Assembly (NCBI GenBank): GCA_016126025.1
Contig: JAEFDA010000104.1
Location: 1 to 52,333 of the forward strand
Origin: Nitrososphaerota archaeon
GTDB taxonomy: Archaea > Thermoproteota > Nitrososphaeria > Nitrososphaerales > Nitrosopumilaceae
Reading direction: 5' to 3'
DNA length: 52,333 nt
Shown here: piece after piece, positions 1 through 7,932 of the stretch
How the letters are laid out: each line of letters opens with the position of its first letter
Position numbering within the stretch: position 1 is the first letter of the stretch
Notes under the pieces: generated by a model
What the model was told of the DNA's origin: nothing
The model's input: only the letters and a program-made list of their open reading frames with translations
Databases searched by the model: none
Program-made: the position numbers and the translations under genes

Positions 1-20
1 GCGAGCGCGCTCGAGCGTCG

Positions 21-722
21 GTGGACGCATTACAACAGGCTCTGCCAGCCAGTACAGATACGGTGGCGGTGTACGTGACCGGCTCGCAGGCGAATGGAAC
101 AGCGACCGAGGACAGCGATCTGGACATATACCATGTAGTGCGGGGAGACAAGCGGGACTCGAGCCACTATGATATAATCAGTAATGCCGTGGGAGACCGC
201 ATGCATGTGGACGTGGTCGTCGACTCGATGGAGTCCTTGGGCAAGTCCGTCAACATGTACGGAAGTTTTGAGTATTGGGCAACGCGCGACGGCATCGCGA
301 TATATAATGATGGAAGCGCCGACTGGCGCACCATACTTGGTATGATGCGTGACGTGCACCTGCCGGACTGCTCGGGGCGGTGGCTGGAGTTTGCGGGCCG
401 GTGCATGGATGATGCGGACGCATACGTGTGCGATGGCTGGCTAGACAACTCATTCCCGTGCATATTATACCGGAGGGCCATAACCGCGTCCGTCATGGCC
501 GCTCTCACACACGACAACATACGGTTCAAATTCACCAAGCGGCTGGCCGACATGGTCGGCTTACTGCGTGACCGCTCCATAGTACGTGGCCACCGACTGA
601 ACATGGTGGATGCATGGGTGCCGTCCGCGCTGGATGGGAACGGGCCCGCGGCCGCGGACACACAGGTCGGCGCGCGCATGGCTAGATCCATATATTGCGC
701 CGCAATGGAGTATGTGGCTTGA
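21..722 (+). CDS. Minimal (pol-beta fold) nucleotidyltransferase domain protein with a helical C-terminal domain
   Basis: 233-aa ORF with a GTG start. 'VYVTGSQANGTATEDSDLDIY' fits the G[GS]-x9-13-D-x-D NTase signature. The C-terminal ~130 aa look helical and contain an R-x5-H string (RSIVRGH) that might be a HEPN motif. Confidence 0.6.
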   Translation: MDALQQALPASTDTVAVYVTGSQANGTATEDSDLDIYHVVRGDKRDSSHYDIISNAVGDRMHVDVVVDSMESLGKSVNMYGSFEYWATRDGIAIYNDGSADWRTILGMMRDVHLPDCSGRWLEFAGRCMDDADAYVCDGWLDNSFPCILYRRAITASVMAALTHDNIRFKFTKRLADMVGLLRDRSIVRGHRLNMVDAWVPSALDGNGPAAADTQVGARMARSIYCAAMEYVA

Positions 723-1156
723 GCAAGGATCCATTAAACATTGATGATTGTTGGGATGCTTCCAGCATACGCGCAAAAATAAAAGCCCTGAACGTAATGG
801 CGGGCTACGCTTTTGATAGGTCGGGAGAAATACTCGCCACATTGCGGGTGTTGAGGGGGCGTCTTAATGCTCTTGGTGAAGAGTCGTAGGTCAATTGGTG
901 CAGGCGGCGCTCGAATGAGAGCCTGATGTGAAGGCGGAGATGGTTGTCGCACCAACCACTCTCGTCGTCCAGTCCGGTGCAATCCCCAGTGTCTAACCGT
1001 TTTACGGGGCCGTTCCACGCCACATATCATGGAGGGAGAGCGCGCCGCAGAAAATCCCTACATTGTGTGGTGGGTGGCCCACGTATTCCTGGGGGTCATA
1101 CCCGGACTGGTCGTCTACATTTTGTACAAGGACAAGAACCCGGCTGTATTTTCACA

Positions 1157-1375
1157 TCACTGATACTTTTGGCGAGACTCTACCATTGCCATCTTCATAC
1201 TAACGAGGATTCTTTTCTCCTCGATCTCGTTGGAATGTTTCTCTTTCTCGGCATTGTTGCTCCCAATGTCGTCCATGGTACTCTGGTGGTCAGTCATATA
1301 CTCTTGTAGTATCTTTTCCCAGTGCCGCCGGGCGTCCGAGCTTATTATGTCAGTTCGATCGACTAACTTCAGCAT
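1157..1375 (-). CDS. Small helical (Lys/Glu-rich) protein, paralog of 48471..48692
   Basis: 72-aa ORF. Hand alignment to the 73-aa ORF at 48471..48692 (D.R..WE..L.E.M.D.Q ... EEKR ... MK.A.V.S) gives about 19 identities over about 56 positions. It overlaps the upstream 46-aa ORF by 26 nt. Confidence 0.5.
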   Translation of the reverse strand: MLKLVDRTDIISSDARRHWEKILQEYMTDHQSTMDDIGSNNAEKEKHSNEIEEKRILVSMKMAMVESRQKYQ

Positions 1376-1490
1376 ACCTGCGAAAGTTCTCTGCGATCCG
1401 ACGGAATCCTACCGCGATCTCCGGACACCCCTCAGCCTCTGCCTCGGTGGCCATCTTCTCTGCGCTTCTGGCCGACTCCATATATCCCAT
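1350..1490 (-). CDS. 46-aa protein, paralog of 48695..48835
   Basis: Starts at the internal ATG of the 1350..1592 track ORF: MGYMESARSAEKMATEAEAEGCPEIAVGFRRIAENFRRYAEVSRSN. It has the same length as a 46-aa ORF at 48695..48835 and about 20 of 46 identical positions (hand count, no gaps). Confidence 0.5.
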   Translation of the reverse strand: MGYMESARSAEKMATEAEAEGCPEIAVGFRRIAENFRRYAEVSRSN

Positions 1491-1530
1491 GGTTTGTAGA
1501 TGTTTTGTATTACATCTAAACCACATTCGT

Positions 1531-1794
1531 TCATATTCCAGCTGACAGAAATAATTGATCGAATAGTTCGGGGCCGTTCTCGCCAGCATCATGATGGTAG
1601 CCGTACCCCAGTCTTTGAGGCTCTGCGCCGTTCTCGCCGGTCATCACTATGGAGCCGAGTCCAATTTGCTCCCGTACCATGCTGGCCACGGTTTTGCCGT
1701 TACATAGAACGTCCATTATGTCCTGCTTGTCCTCTGTGGCCCGCCGAAAGTATCCGGTTAGGCGCGGCTCAGATCCTAAACCGTATGTAGTCAT
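1531..1794 (-). CDS. Hypothetical protein
   Basis: 87-aa ORF on the same strand as its neighbours, overlapping the 3' end of the PP-loop gene by 26 nt. No recognisable motif; internal GENGAE/GENGPE repeat. Confidence 0.3.
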   Translation of the reverse strand: MTTYGLGSEPRLTGYFRRATEDKQDIMDVLCNGKTVASMVREQIGLGSIVMTGENGAEPQRLGYGYHHDAGENGPELFDQLFLSAGI

Positions 1795-2770
1795 CCTCAG
1801 ATGCAGGCGCCACCGATATGTCCTCGGTCTCCTCGCCCCGCCACACCGTTACATGTCCTTCCGTATCTGGCGCGTCCGAGTACTTGAGGGTGACCGAGGC
1901 GGCCAGACGTACGTGGTCCCCGGCCGTCGTACCCCTGAGTATGGTCGTGGGTCCCACGTGGTCCCGCGCCTCCAGTATGATGTCGCCGGGCATGGCCAGC
2001 ATGCGTATGGTCTCGTTCTCCGTACGGTTGCGGCCCACCACCATCTTGGTATGTTCATCTAGGCGGTGCTGCCGGCCCACCTTGAGCAGCTCTATGTCGT
2101 TTATGCTGGGAGTCTCCGTGTGCCCGAAGAGGTCCTTGGCGCGCAGCCCAAAGGACGGGTCCGTCAGCAGGCATCCGCCGCCGGCGTTGGGCGGGTCCGC
2201 TATACCATACTCCTTGGCCATGGCCAGCTGGGGCTTGCGGCTGCGGCCCCGGATCATCCCCAGGTCCTCCCGCCGTATCAGGCCGTCCTTCTCCGGCTTG
2301 GTGGGCGGCAGCAGCCGGCCGGAGAGCGGCCTTACTATGACCCCCTCCATCTCCGACTCGGTCTCTATGTTCTTGAGGGCCCGGCGGTGCTGGCTCATGG
2401 GCCTCTGGCCCAGCACCTCCCCGGATATTACAAAGTCGGCGCCCGTGCGTTCCATCTCCTTCTTGGCCGCCTCGAACATCATGGAGCGGCAGTCCACGCA
2501 CGGGTTGAAGCCGGCCCCCCTGCCGTACTTGGGGTGCTTGAGCATCTCGATGTACTCGTCGCCCAGATATACCGTCTTGAGGTCCACGTTCAGCTGGTCG
2601 GCCCTCTCCCGGATCTCAAAGCCGCACCCCCGGCCGCAGTCAAAGTCGCAGAAGGGCGTCCTTATGGCCACCGCCGAGACCTCAAAGCCCTTCTCCTGCA
2701 TCATCCTGACGGCCAGCTGGCTGTCCAAACCTCCGGACAGCAGGGCCACTACCTTCCGCTTCTCGGGCAT
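1769..2770 (-). CDS. PP-loop ATPase (adenine nucleotide alpha-hydrolase), MnmA/ThiI-like tRNA thiolation-type enzyme
   Basis: 333 aa with the 'VVALLSGGLDS' PP-loop. Also has 'NPCVDCR', 'ISGEVLGQRPMSQ' and 'GGGCLLTDP', typical of the MnmA-related sulfurtransferase family. Confidence 0.85.
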   Translation of the reverse strand: MPEKRKVVALLSGGLDSQLAVRMMQEKGFEVSAVAIRTPFCDFDCGRGCGFEIRERADQLNVDLKTVYLGDEYIEMLKHPKYGRGAGFNPCVDCRSMMFEAAKKEMERTGADFVISGEVLGQRPMSQHRRALKNIETESEMEGVIVRPLSGRLLPPTKPEKDGLIRREDLGMIRGRSRKPQLAMAKEYGIADPPNAGGGCLLTDPSFGLRAKDLFGHTETPSINDIELLKVGRQHRLDEHTKMVVGRNRTENETIRMLAMPGDIILEARDHVGPTTILRGTTAGDHVRLAASVTLKYSDAPDTEGHVTVWRGEETEDISVAPASEDDYIRFRI

Positions 2771-2792
2771 GGTATCCGGTCCGCATATCCGG

Positions 2793-2800
2793 TATTATAA
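2793..2800 (-). promoter_or_regulatory. TATA-box-like element for the PP-loop ATPase gene
   Basis: TATTATAA is centred about 27 nt upstream of the ATG at 2770 (minus strand), which suggests a leaderless transcript. Confidence 0.45.
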
Positions 2801-2877
2801 TGCCACCGCCTCCGGGGCGGCGCAGAACGGCATACCGCCCGCCAGAGATAAATTGTGAAGAGTCCCCGCACGGAGGC

Positions 2878-3933
2878 ATGGACGCCAGGCGATTATCCCT
2901 GCTGGAGGGGGCCCGGGAGCTGGGCTGCGACTCGCTGGTGGCCTGTACCCCAGAGAACATGTTCTACATGACCGGGTTCTGGGGGGAGGGGATGGCGGTG
3001 CTGGACGGGGACCACGCCACAATAGTGGCGCCCGGTCTGGAGGCGGGCCGCGCCGAGGCCGACTCGCGGGACTGCACCATAGTGTCGGCCGGGAGGGGCG
3101 CCGAGATGGTTCCTGCAGTAGCTAGGCTTCTGGAGGGAGCCAAACCCTGCACCGACTGCGCCGACTACTCCACCATGCTGCTGCTGCAGAAACACATGCC
3201 GCATGTGCGGCACGCGCCCGGCCCCTTCCAAGACTCCAGGATGGTAAAGGATGCAGAGGAGATCCGCACGCTCCAGGAGGCCTCGCGTATCATAGACGGA
3301 ATGTTCGAGCTCTGCGCCGGGACCATAACCCCCGGCCAGACCGAGTCACAGCTGCAGGCCGTACTGATGTCGCACGCCGCCGAGCGGGAGATGTTCGACA
3401 CCGGGTACCCCTCCACCCTCAACCCGCTGATAGTGGCGGGGGGCCCCAACGGGGCGCTCCCCCACGCCCAGGTTACGGGGCGCCGGTTCGGGCGGGGGGA
3501 CCTGGTGGTGGTGGACATCACCCTGCGGTATCGGGGGTATGTCTCGGATGCCACCCGCACGTTCGGGGTGGGGCATGTGTCCCCGGAGCGCGTCAAAATA
3601 TACGAAATAGTGAGGGAGGCGCAGGAGCTGGGCCTGCGGGCCGCCATCCACGGGGTATCCTGCGGCGATGTGGACCGGGCCTGCCGCGACCACATAGAGT
3701 CGCGGGGGTACGGCAGATACTTTATACACTCGACGGGCCACGGCGTGGGCTTGGAGGTGCACGAGCAGCCCGCCATATCAAGGTCCGTTGATACCATACT
3801 GCGCAGGGACATGGCCGTGACCGTCGAGCCGGGCATATACGTACCCGGGGAGGCCGGCGTCCGCATAGAGGACTCCATAATCGTGGGGCAGGGCAGCATG
3901 CACCGGTACACTAGGGATCTGGTCGTGGTATAG
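2878..3933 (+). CDS. Xaa-Pro dipeptidase / aminopeptidase P family (M24B)
   Basis: Internal ATG at 2878 (MDARRLSLLEGARELG...) of track ORF 2800..3933. M24 metal-ligand motifs: 'VVVDITLRYRGYVSDATRT', 'HSTGHGVGLEVHE', 'VEPGIY', 'RIED'. An ATAAATT element lies about 27 nt upstream of 2878. Confidence 0.9.
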   Translation: MDARRLSLLEGARELGCDSLVACTPENMFYMTGFWGEGMAVLDGDHATIVAPGLEAGRAEADSRDCTIVSAGRGAEMVPAVARLLEGAKPCTDCADYSTMLLLQKHMPHVRHAPGPFQDSRMVKDAEEIRTLQEASRIIDGMFELCAGTITPGQTESQLQAVLMSHAAEREMFDTGYPSTLNPLIVAGGPNGALPHAQVTGRRFGRGDLVVVDITLRYRGYVSDATRTFGVGHVSPERVKIYEIVREAQELGLRAAIHGVSCGDVDRACRDHIESRGYGRYFIHSTGHGVGLEVHEQPAISRSVDTILRRDMAVTVEPGIYVPGEAGVRIEDSIIVGQGSMHRYTRDLVVV

Positions 3934-4541
3934 GCACGTCCACCGTCCGGAGCGGTGGATTCCGCACAAAAATATTCCAAGGCAGAACGCGGTACGGGGC
4001 CGCTTTCGGTACGGGGGGCGCCGGCCCGGACGGAATGGTACTGGCATCATGCTTATGGCATGGGGAGAAGCACGACCCGTCCGTATCCAGAACTTTGGGG
4101 ATCAGCATGCCGTCTCGCATCACTATGCCGTCTTCGCCAAATTCGTATATAGGAACATCTTTTGATATTCCCTCCGGCATCTGCACGTAGAACATTACTA
4201 ATCATCCAATGTCATGTCGGTCTCCGTTCCGTGTGCGTGTCAGTCCTGAATAATCTTGACGGCATACACGCATGCCGCATCATAAAGAGACGTACTTTAC
4301 TACCTCTTCACTATATCGCTGTAGACTGTGATCTTATACAGAGTGGTGCCAGCTAGATGTGAGACCATAACAGATACGGCGTGCGCCACAATGTCGGTGT
4401 CGGGTTTTGAACCATAAAATGTAAGTCGTATGCATCGAAGATGAAGAGTTTTCTTGTTAAAGTCAAGCATTGTGTCAACCGACAACGATGGTCTATCCCT
4501 GTATCTGCTGCTCGAAGTGGTCATGGCAGGTCGTTCATTAG

Positions 4542-4808
4542 GTATCTGGGCAACTGCGGAGCCGCTTCGGCAAGTCCGCCGTCATCGTTGACAACACAGC
4601 GTACCACGACTCCAAGCGCGTGCGGCGGTATCTGGAACGAAACGGAGGCCTTGTAAAACTGCTATTCCTGCAGCCGTACTCGCCGTTCCTGAACCCGGCC
4701 GAGTGGCTGTGGCGCAAGGGCAAGGCGAGGATATGCAGGACGTTCAGGCAGCTGGCCAAGAGCTATAGCGCCGACCAAAAGTTCATGCAGAGTATGTCGC
4801 TGTTTTAA
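4542..4808 (+). pseudogene. IS630/Tc1-mariner-type DDE transposase, C-terminal fragment only
   Basis: The frame is open from 4542: '...AVIVDNTAYHDSKRVRRYLERNGGLVKLLFLQPYSPFLNPAEWLWRKGK'. This is the DN..H ... PYSP.LNP.E catalytic end of IS630 transposases. The N-terminal two thirds are missing. Confidence 0.8.
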
Positions 4809-4984
4809 CTACAATTGTTGAGCACTTATGCATCAACTACAGACTAGTGTGCTCAACTTGTTCCTGATCTTGGCACACACGATATTATGGCGGACGGTCT
4901 TGAAGAGAAACTCAACTGAAATAGTTCAGACTTTGCACGACTTTTTAGTCGACGCTATAGAGTGGAAATAATGGTCTATTCGTG

Positions 4985-5038
4985 GAGTGGAAATGTATAT
5001 CGGAGTGGAAATGTATATCGGAGTGGAAATGTGGGTCA
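4985..5038. repeat. Tandem 18-bp repeat, 3 copies (GAGTGGAAATGTATATCG x2 plus a diverged third)
   Basis: Copies read directly at 4985-5002, 5003-5020 and 5021-5038. An extra GAGTGGAAAT core lies at 4960-4969. Confidence 0.9.
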
Positions 5039-5102
5039 GACAGTGGCTAGGCGCTATCTGTTACAGGCGCTGCCAACGTTACAGCCCACTTTTGTCGCTA
5101 AC

Positions 5103-5113
5103 TATATATATAT
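5103..5113 (+). promoter_or_regulatory. TATA box candidate for the low-GC island operon
   Basis: TATATATATAT is centred about 27 nt upstream of the TTG at 5134. Confidence 0.4.
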
Positions 5114-5133
5114 GACATCATGTATCATGATTA

Positions 5134-6063
5134 TTGAAAGCGCTAACTGTGGGTTTTGAAAGTTATGACAGGCAGGAATATGCCAAATCTGCCACCCTGT
5201 ATGTATTGCAACATTTCCAACCCAGCCTAGGGAAGAAAACAACCCCGAAGCATTATGTGAAAAAAACCATAATAGACCTGATGCCGGACGAACAACCAGA
5301 CTTGGACAAGATAATATCCAGTGAAATAGGGTTTGTCGTAGACAAGGTTCGTTTTAAGGCAGACTGGTTTACCACTGACGACTACCTGAAGCTCTGGAAG
5401 AAATATTTCACGGAATTCTTGAATGAAAATACGATGATCCAGGAGTCACTCCAGGCGCTCCAATCAAACTCGGACGACACCAGCGAACAGTTCGGCTTGA
5501 TGATGGACTCGTTGAGAGAACTGCGGCGGATGCTCAGGGATTCATATGACCAATGGCACAGAAAGATAATGGCAGAATTCTTGGAATCAGACCTGCCATT
5601 AGAACTGTACAACCTGTACAACATCTCATACATCGGAAAGGCATCAGCGATAAAGTCATTCGTAGCAGATCTGACCAGGTTGCAAACAAAGCTGCACCTT
5701 GTCAGGTCCAATGAGAGAAAGATAATGTCAGAATTAAGAGAGTTTGAGAAATGCCACAGGAGACTTTCAGAGACGCTGGCGAAGGCATCCCGCTCGGAGT
5801 CCACGCTGAGGTTCTTTCTGAAGTCGGTCAATGCAAAGGAGCTGGAGGACCTGTTTAGGACAAAACCACTAGTGTTGAACAGCAGCGCAGAAGAGAAGAG
5901 ATTCAAGAAATACCTTGGCGAATTCACGCAGAGCCTCTTTGAACTGACAAACCAACTAGACAAAATACACCTCAATGAAGATATTATGCTGAACTCTTCA
6001 GACTCAGTGTCGTTTGGTGATTTTGATAAAGAATTGCGCCAGGCAGTCTTCAATCATGCCTAG
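5134..6063 (+). CDS. Hypothetical all-helical / coiled-coil protein (low-GC island gene 1)
   Basis: 309-aa ORF in visibly AT-richer DNA, rich in K/E/L, with no motif I recognise. The start is uncertain: TTG 5134, GTG 5149 or ATG 5281. Its stop overlaps the next gene's ATG by 8 nt. Confidence 0.65.
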   Translation: MKALTVGFESYDRQEYAKSATLYVLQHFQPSLGKKTTPKHYVKKTIIDLMPDEQPDLDKIISSEIGFVVDKVRFKADWFTTDDYLKLWKKYFTEFLNENTMIQESLQALQSNSDDTSEQFGLMMDSLRELRRMLRDSYDQWHRKIMAEFLESDLPLELYNLYNISYIGKASAIKSFVADLTRLQTKLHLVRSNERKIMSELREFEKCHRRLSETLAKASRSESTLRFFLKSVNAKELEDLFRTKPLVLNSSAEEKRFKKYLGEFTQSLFELTNQLDKIHLNEDIMLNSSDSVSFGDFDKELRQAVFNHA

Positions 6064-6838
6064 CAACACAAAGATCGCAGTCTGCGTGGATTCGTCGATT
6101 TTTCTGGCCGAAGTGTTTGGTAACGAGACTCAGTCGACACGGGCAGGTGCCATTGACAGGTACCAAAAAACCTTCCAATTCAAAAAATGTATGTCTGCTA
6201 CCGTGAAAATCGAGGTGGGCCGCAGGATGTGCGAAGTCACGGAGCTGATCGAACAGACTTCGAAGGAATTTACAAAGTATTTCCGCTCGTCCAAAGGAAC
6301 GGGATCGACAATCGACCTGTCGGATCTGACATTAATTCAATCGTTTTTTTCAGGGTATAAGGTCAAATACAAATCCAAAACGTCTGAACTAGAAGTCATT
6401 AACAAAACGGAGTCGGTGCTTGCACGGTATCTGGTGGAAAACTGCGATGGGAAAAAGGTGCTAACGACGGTGGACTTTGTCTTGGAGTCAATGGCAGAGT
6501 TTAACAAAAGGCTCTCCGGTCTAAGATACGAATACTACTCTAGGCTGAGCGGATATGAGGTATTTCCAGCTAAGGTGAATTCTGCAACGTGCGCAAAACT
6601 GCAAAACGAGAAGGCGCTGCAAAAGACGGCAGCGAAAAAGCCACAGGACATCCAAATTTTATGCGAAGTAGAGGCCTACAAGCATGACTCTAAGCAGACA
6701 TGCCTGCTGGCAACGGTCGACGAACACGATTTTCTGAGCAATTCAAAGACGATTGAATCGCTTATCGGGATAAAATGTGTGGATCCGATCTACATTCCGT
6801 ATGAGTTCGCTCGTATTCCAAATGTTGATGGTGCCTGA
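6056..6838 (+). CDS. PIN-like nuclease domain protein with a large internal helical insert (low-GC island gene 2)
   Basis: The ATG at 6056 lies inside ...AATCATGCCTAG. The N-terminus 'KIAVCVDSSIFLAEVFG' looks like PIN strand 1 with the first Asp. The C-terminus 'DIQILCEVEAYKHDSKQTCLLATVDEHDFL..IKCVDP' matches the D..I....A......l.T.D..F PIN end. About 170 aa separate the two halves. Confidence 0.6.
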   Translation: MPSNTKIAVCVDSSIFLAEVFGNETQSTRAGAIDRYQKTFQFKKCMSATVKIEVGRRMCEVTELIEQTSKEFTKYFRSSKGTGSTIDLSDLTLIQSFFSGYKVKYKSKTSELEVINKTESVLARYLVENCDGKKVLTTVDFVLESMAEFNKRLSGLRYEYYSRLSGYEVFPAKVNSATCAKLQNEKALQKTAAKKPQDIQILCEVEAYKHDSKQTCLLATVDEHDFLSNSKTIESLIGIKCVDPIYIPYEFARIPNVDGA

Positions 6839-7478
6839 TCGAGTTGTGCACGTCCTTTCGTCGGCATTTTAACTACTGACAATCCAAAAGGCGCGCTTGA
6901 GCTAGGCCGAGATGGGCATGTGAGCCAGTTACATTATGAAGCTTGCCCTCAAACCTACCAGAACCATGGCTGGTGTGGCCAAGAACCCGCCGTTGAAGCC
7001 GTAATGGAGTGGGTTGTGCACGAACTGGAACGACTGGATATAGAACGCCAGGTGCCACTTGCTGACGTCGCGGTGTTTTTCAGCCATCATTTGGACAGAC
7101 CCACCCGGCACTCGCAGTTATTTGCCTGTGTATTGGACAGCGAGTGTTTGCACGCCGACCATTCAAGATCCTATGTTGCAAGAAACAATTTGCCGGCGGA
7201 TCCCCCTTAACCTTCACGGCGGGCGGTTCTTGTGAAATCAAGATTTTGCGGGGTGCTTGATGAATGATACGAACGCTCGCGTCTTGGTCCGGCAAGCTTA
7301 TGCGGTCTGGAGGATATTGGCGTCCATCTCTGGTCGCTGACCGTGCATAATACTATGGCCACGTCCACGGCCGTCCGGTACCCAGCCCTTGCCTGCCCCG
7401 GGCCATACTCCCTAGGTACCGCGCATACCACCGGACATGCGGGGCTCCTGCATAACCATAGGGGCCGCGCCGGCCGGC

Positions 7479-7928
7479 CTAGTCGTAAAAGTCGACCACA
7501 TCTATCACATCCTTGGTGATGTCGTTGTTGCCCCGGACCTGGCCTGACGCCGTATCCACACCCCAGTCAAAGTACAGCCGCTCGCCCTGCGACTCAAAGT
7601 CCAGCGTCACGCGGTACGTATCCACGCTGGTGGGCATCACGGCCACCTGCACCGTAGTGGAGCGATGATCGTACGCATTCCCATCCGGGTATTCTGACTC
7701 TATTTTGGCCGATATGGCGCCTGCCACATCTATGCCGGTCTCGTTGGGGCCCGTATACCCCAGTACATACTCCAGTATCTCCTGATCCCGCTCCTCCTGC
7801 ATCACGGGTATCACGTCCTCCAGGTCCTTCTCCAGCATGGGCGGCACCACGAACACGATGATCAGGGCCACCCCCGCCAAATAGAACGGGGCCCTCTTTA
7901 CCAGAAAGTCCCGGGCCCTCTCTCCCAT
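7479..7928 (-). CDS. Membrane-anchored hypothetical protein (last gene of the CoA operon)
   Basis: 149 aa with an N-terminal TM segment 'FYLAGVALIIVFVVPPML' and an acidic soluble domain. Begins 4 nt after the upstream stop. Confidence 0.7.
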   Translation of the reverse strand: MGERARDFLVKRAPFYLAGVALIIVFVVPPMLEKDLEDVIPVMQEERDQEILEYVLGYTGPNETGIDVAGAISAKIESEYPDGNAYDHRSTTVQVAVMPTSVDTYRVTLDFESQGERLYFDWGVDTASGQVRGNNDITKDVIDVVDFYD

Positions 7929-7932
7929 GGTA

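Noticed and set aside
3911-4195. A 94-aa minus-strand ORF whose first ~40 residues look protein-like (MFYVQMPEGISKDVPIYEFGEDGIVMRDGMLIPKVLDTDG).
   Set aside because: The remaining two thirds are Pro/Arg-rich noise overlapping the pepQ 3' end. It may be a truncated remnant, but it is too weak to call.
4985-5038. Possible CRISPR array.
   Set aside because: The 18-bp units are directly tandem with no spacers. There are only about 3 copies and no cas genes.
4962-5159. A 65-aa ORF upstream of the island operon.
   Set aside because: It is the translation of the 18-bp tandem repeat (SGNVYRSGNVYRSGNV) and runs through the TATA box. It is not a plausible gene.
6873-7431. Several short ORFs on both strands to the right of the low-GC island, for example a minus-strand 'KWHLAFYIQSFQFVHNPLHYGFNGGFLATPAMVLVGL' that looks like a membrane-protein fragment.
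   Set aside because: No start context, no family I can recognise, and mutually overlapping frames. They are probably decayed remnants at the island border.
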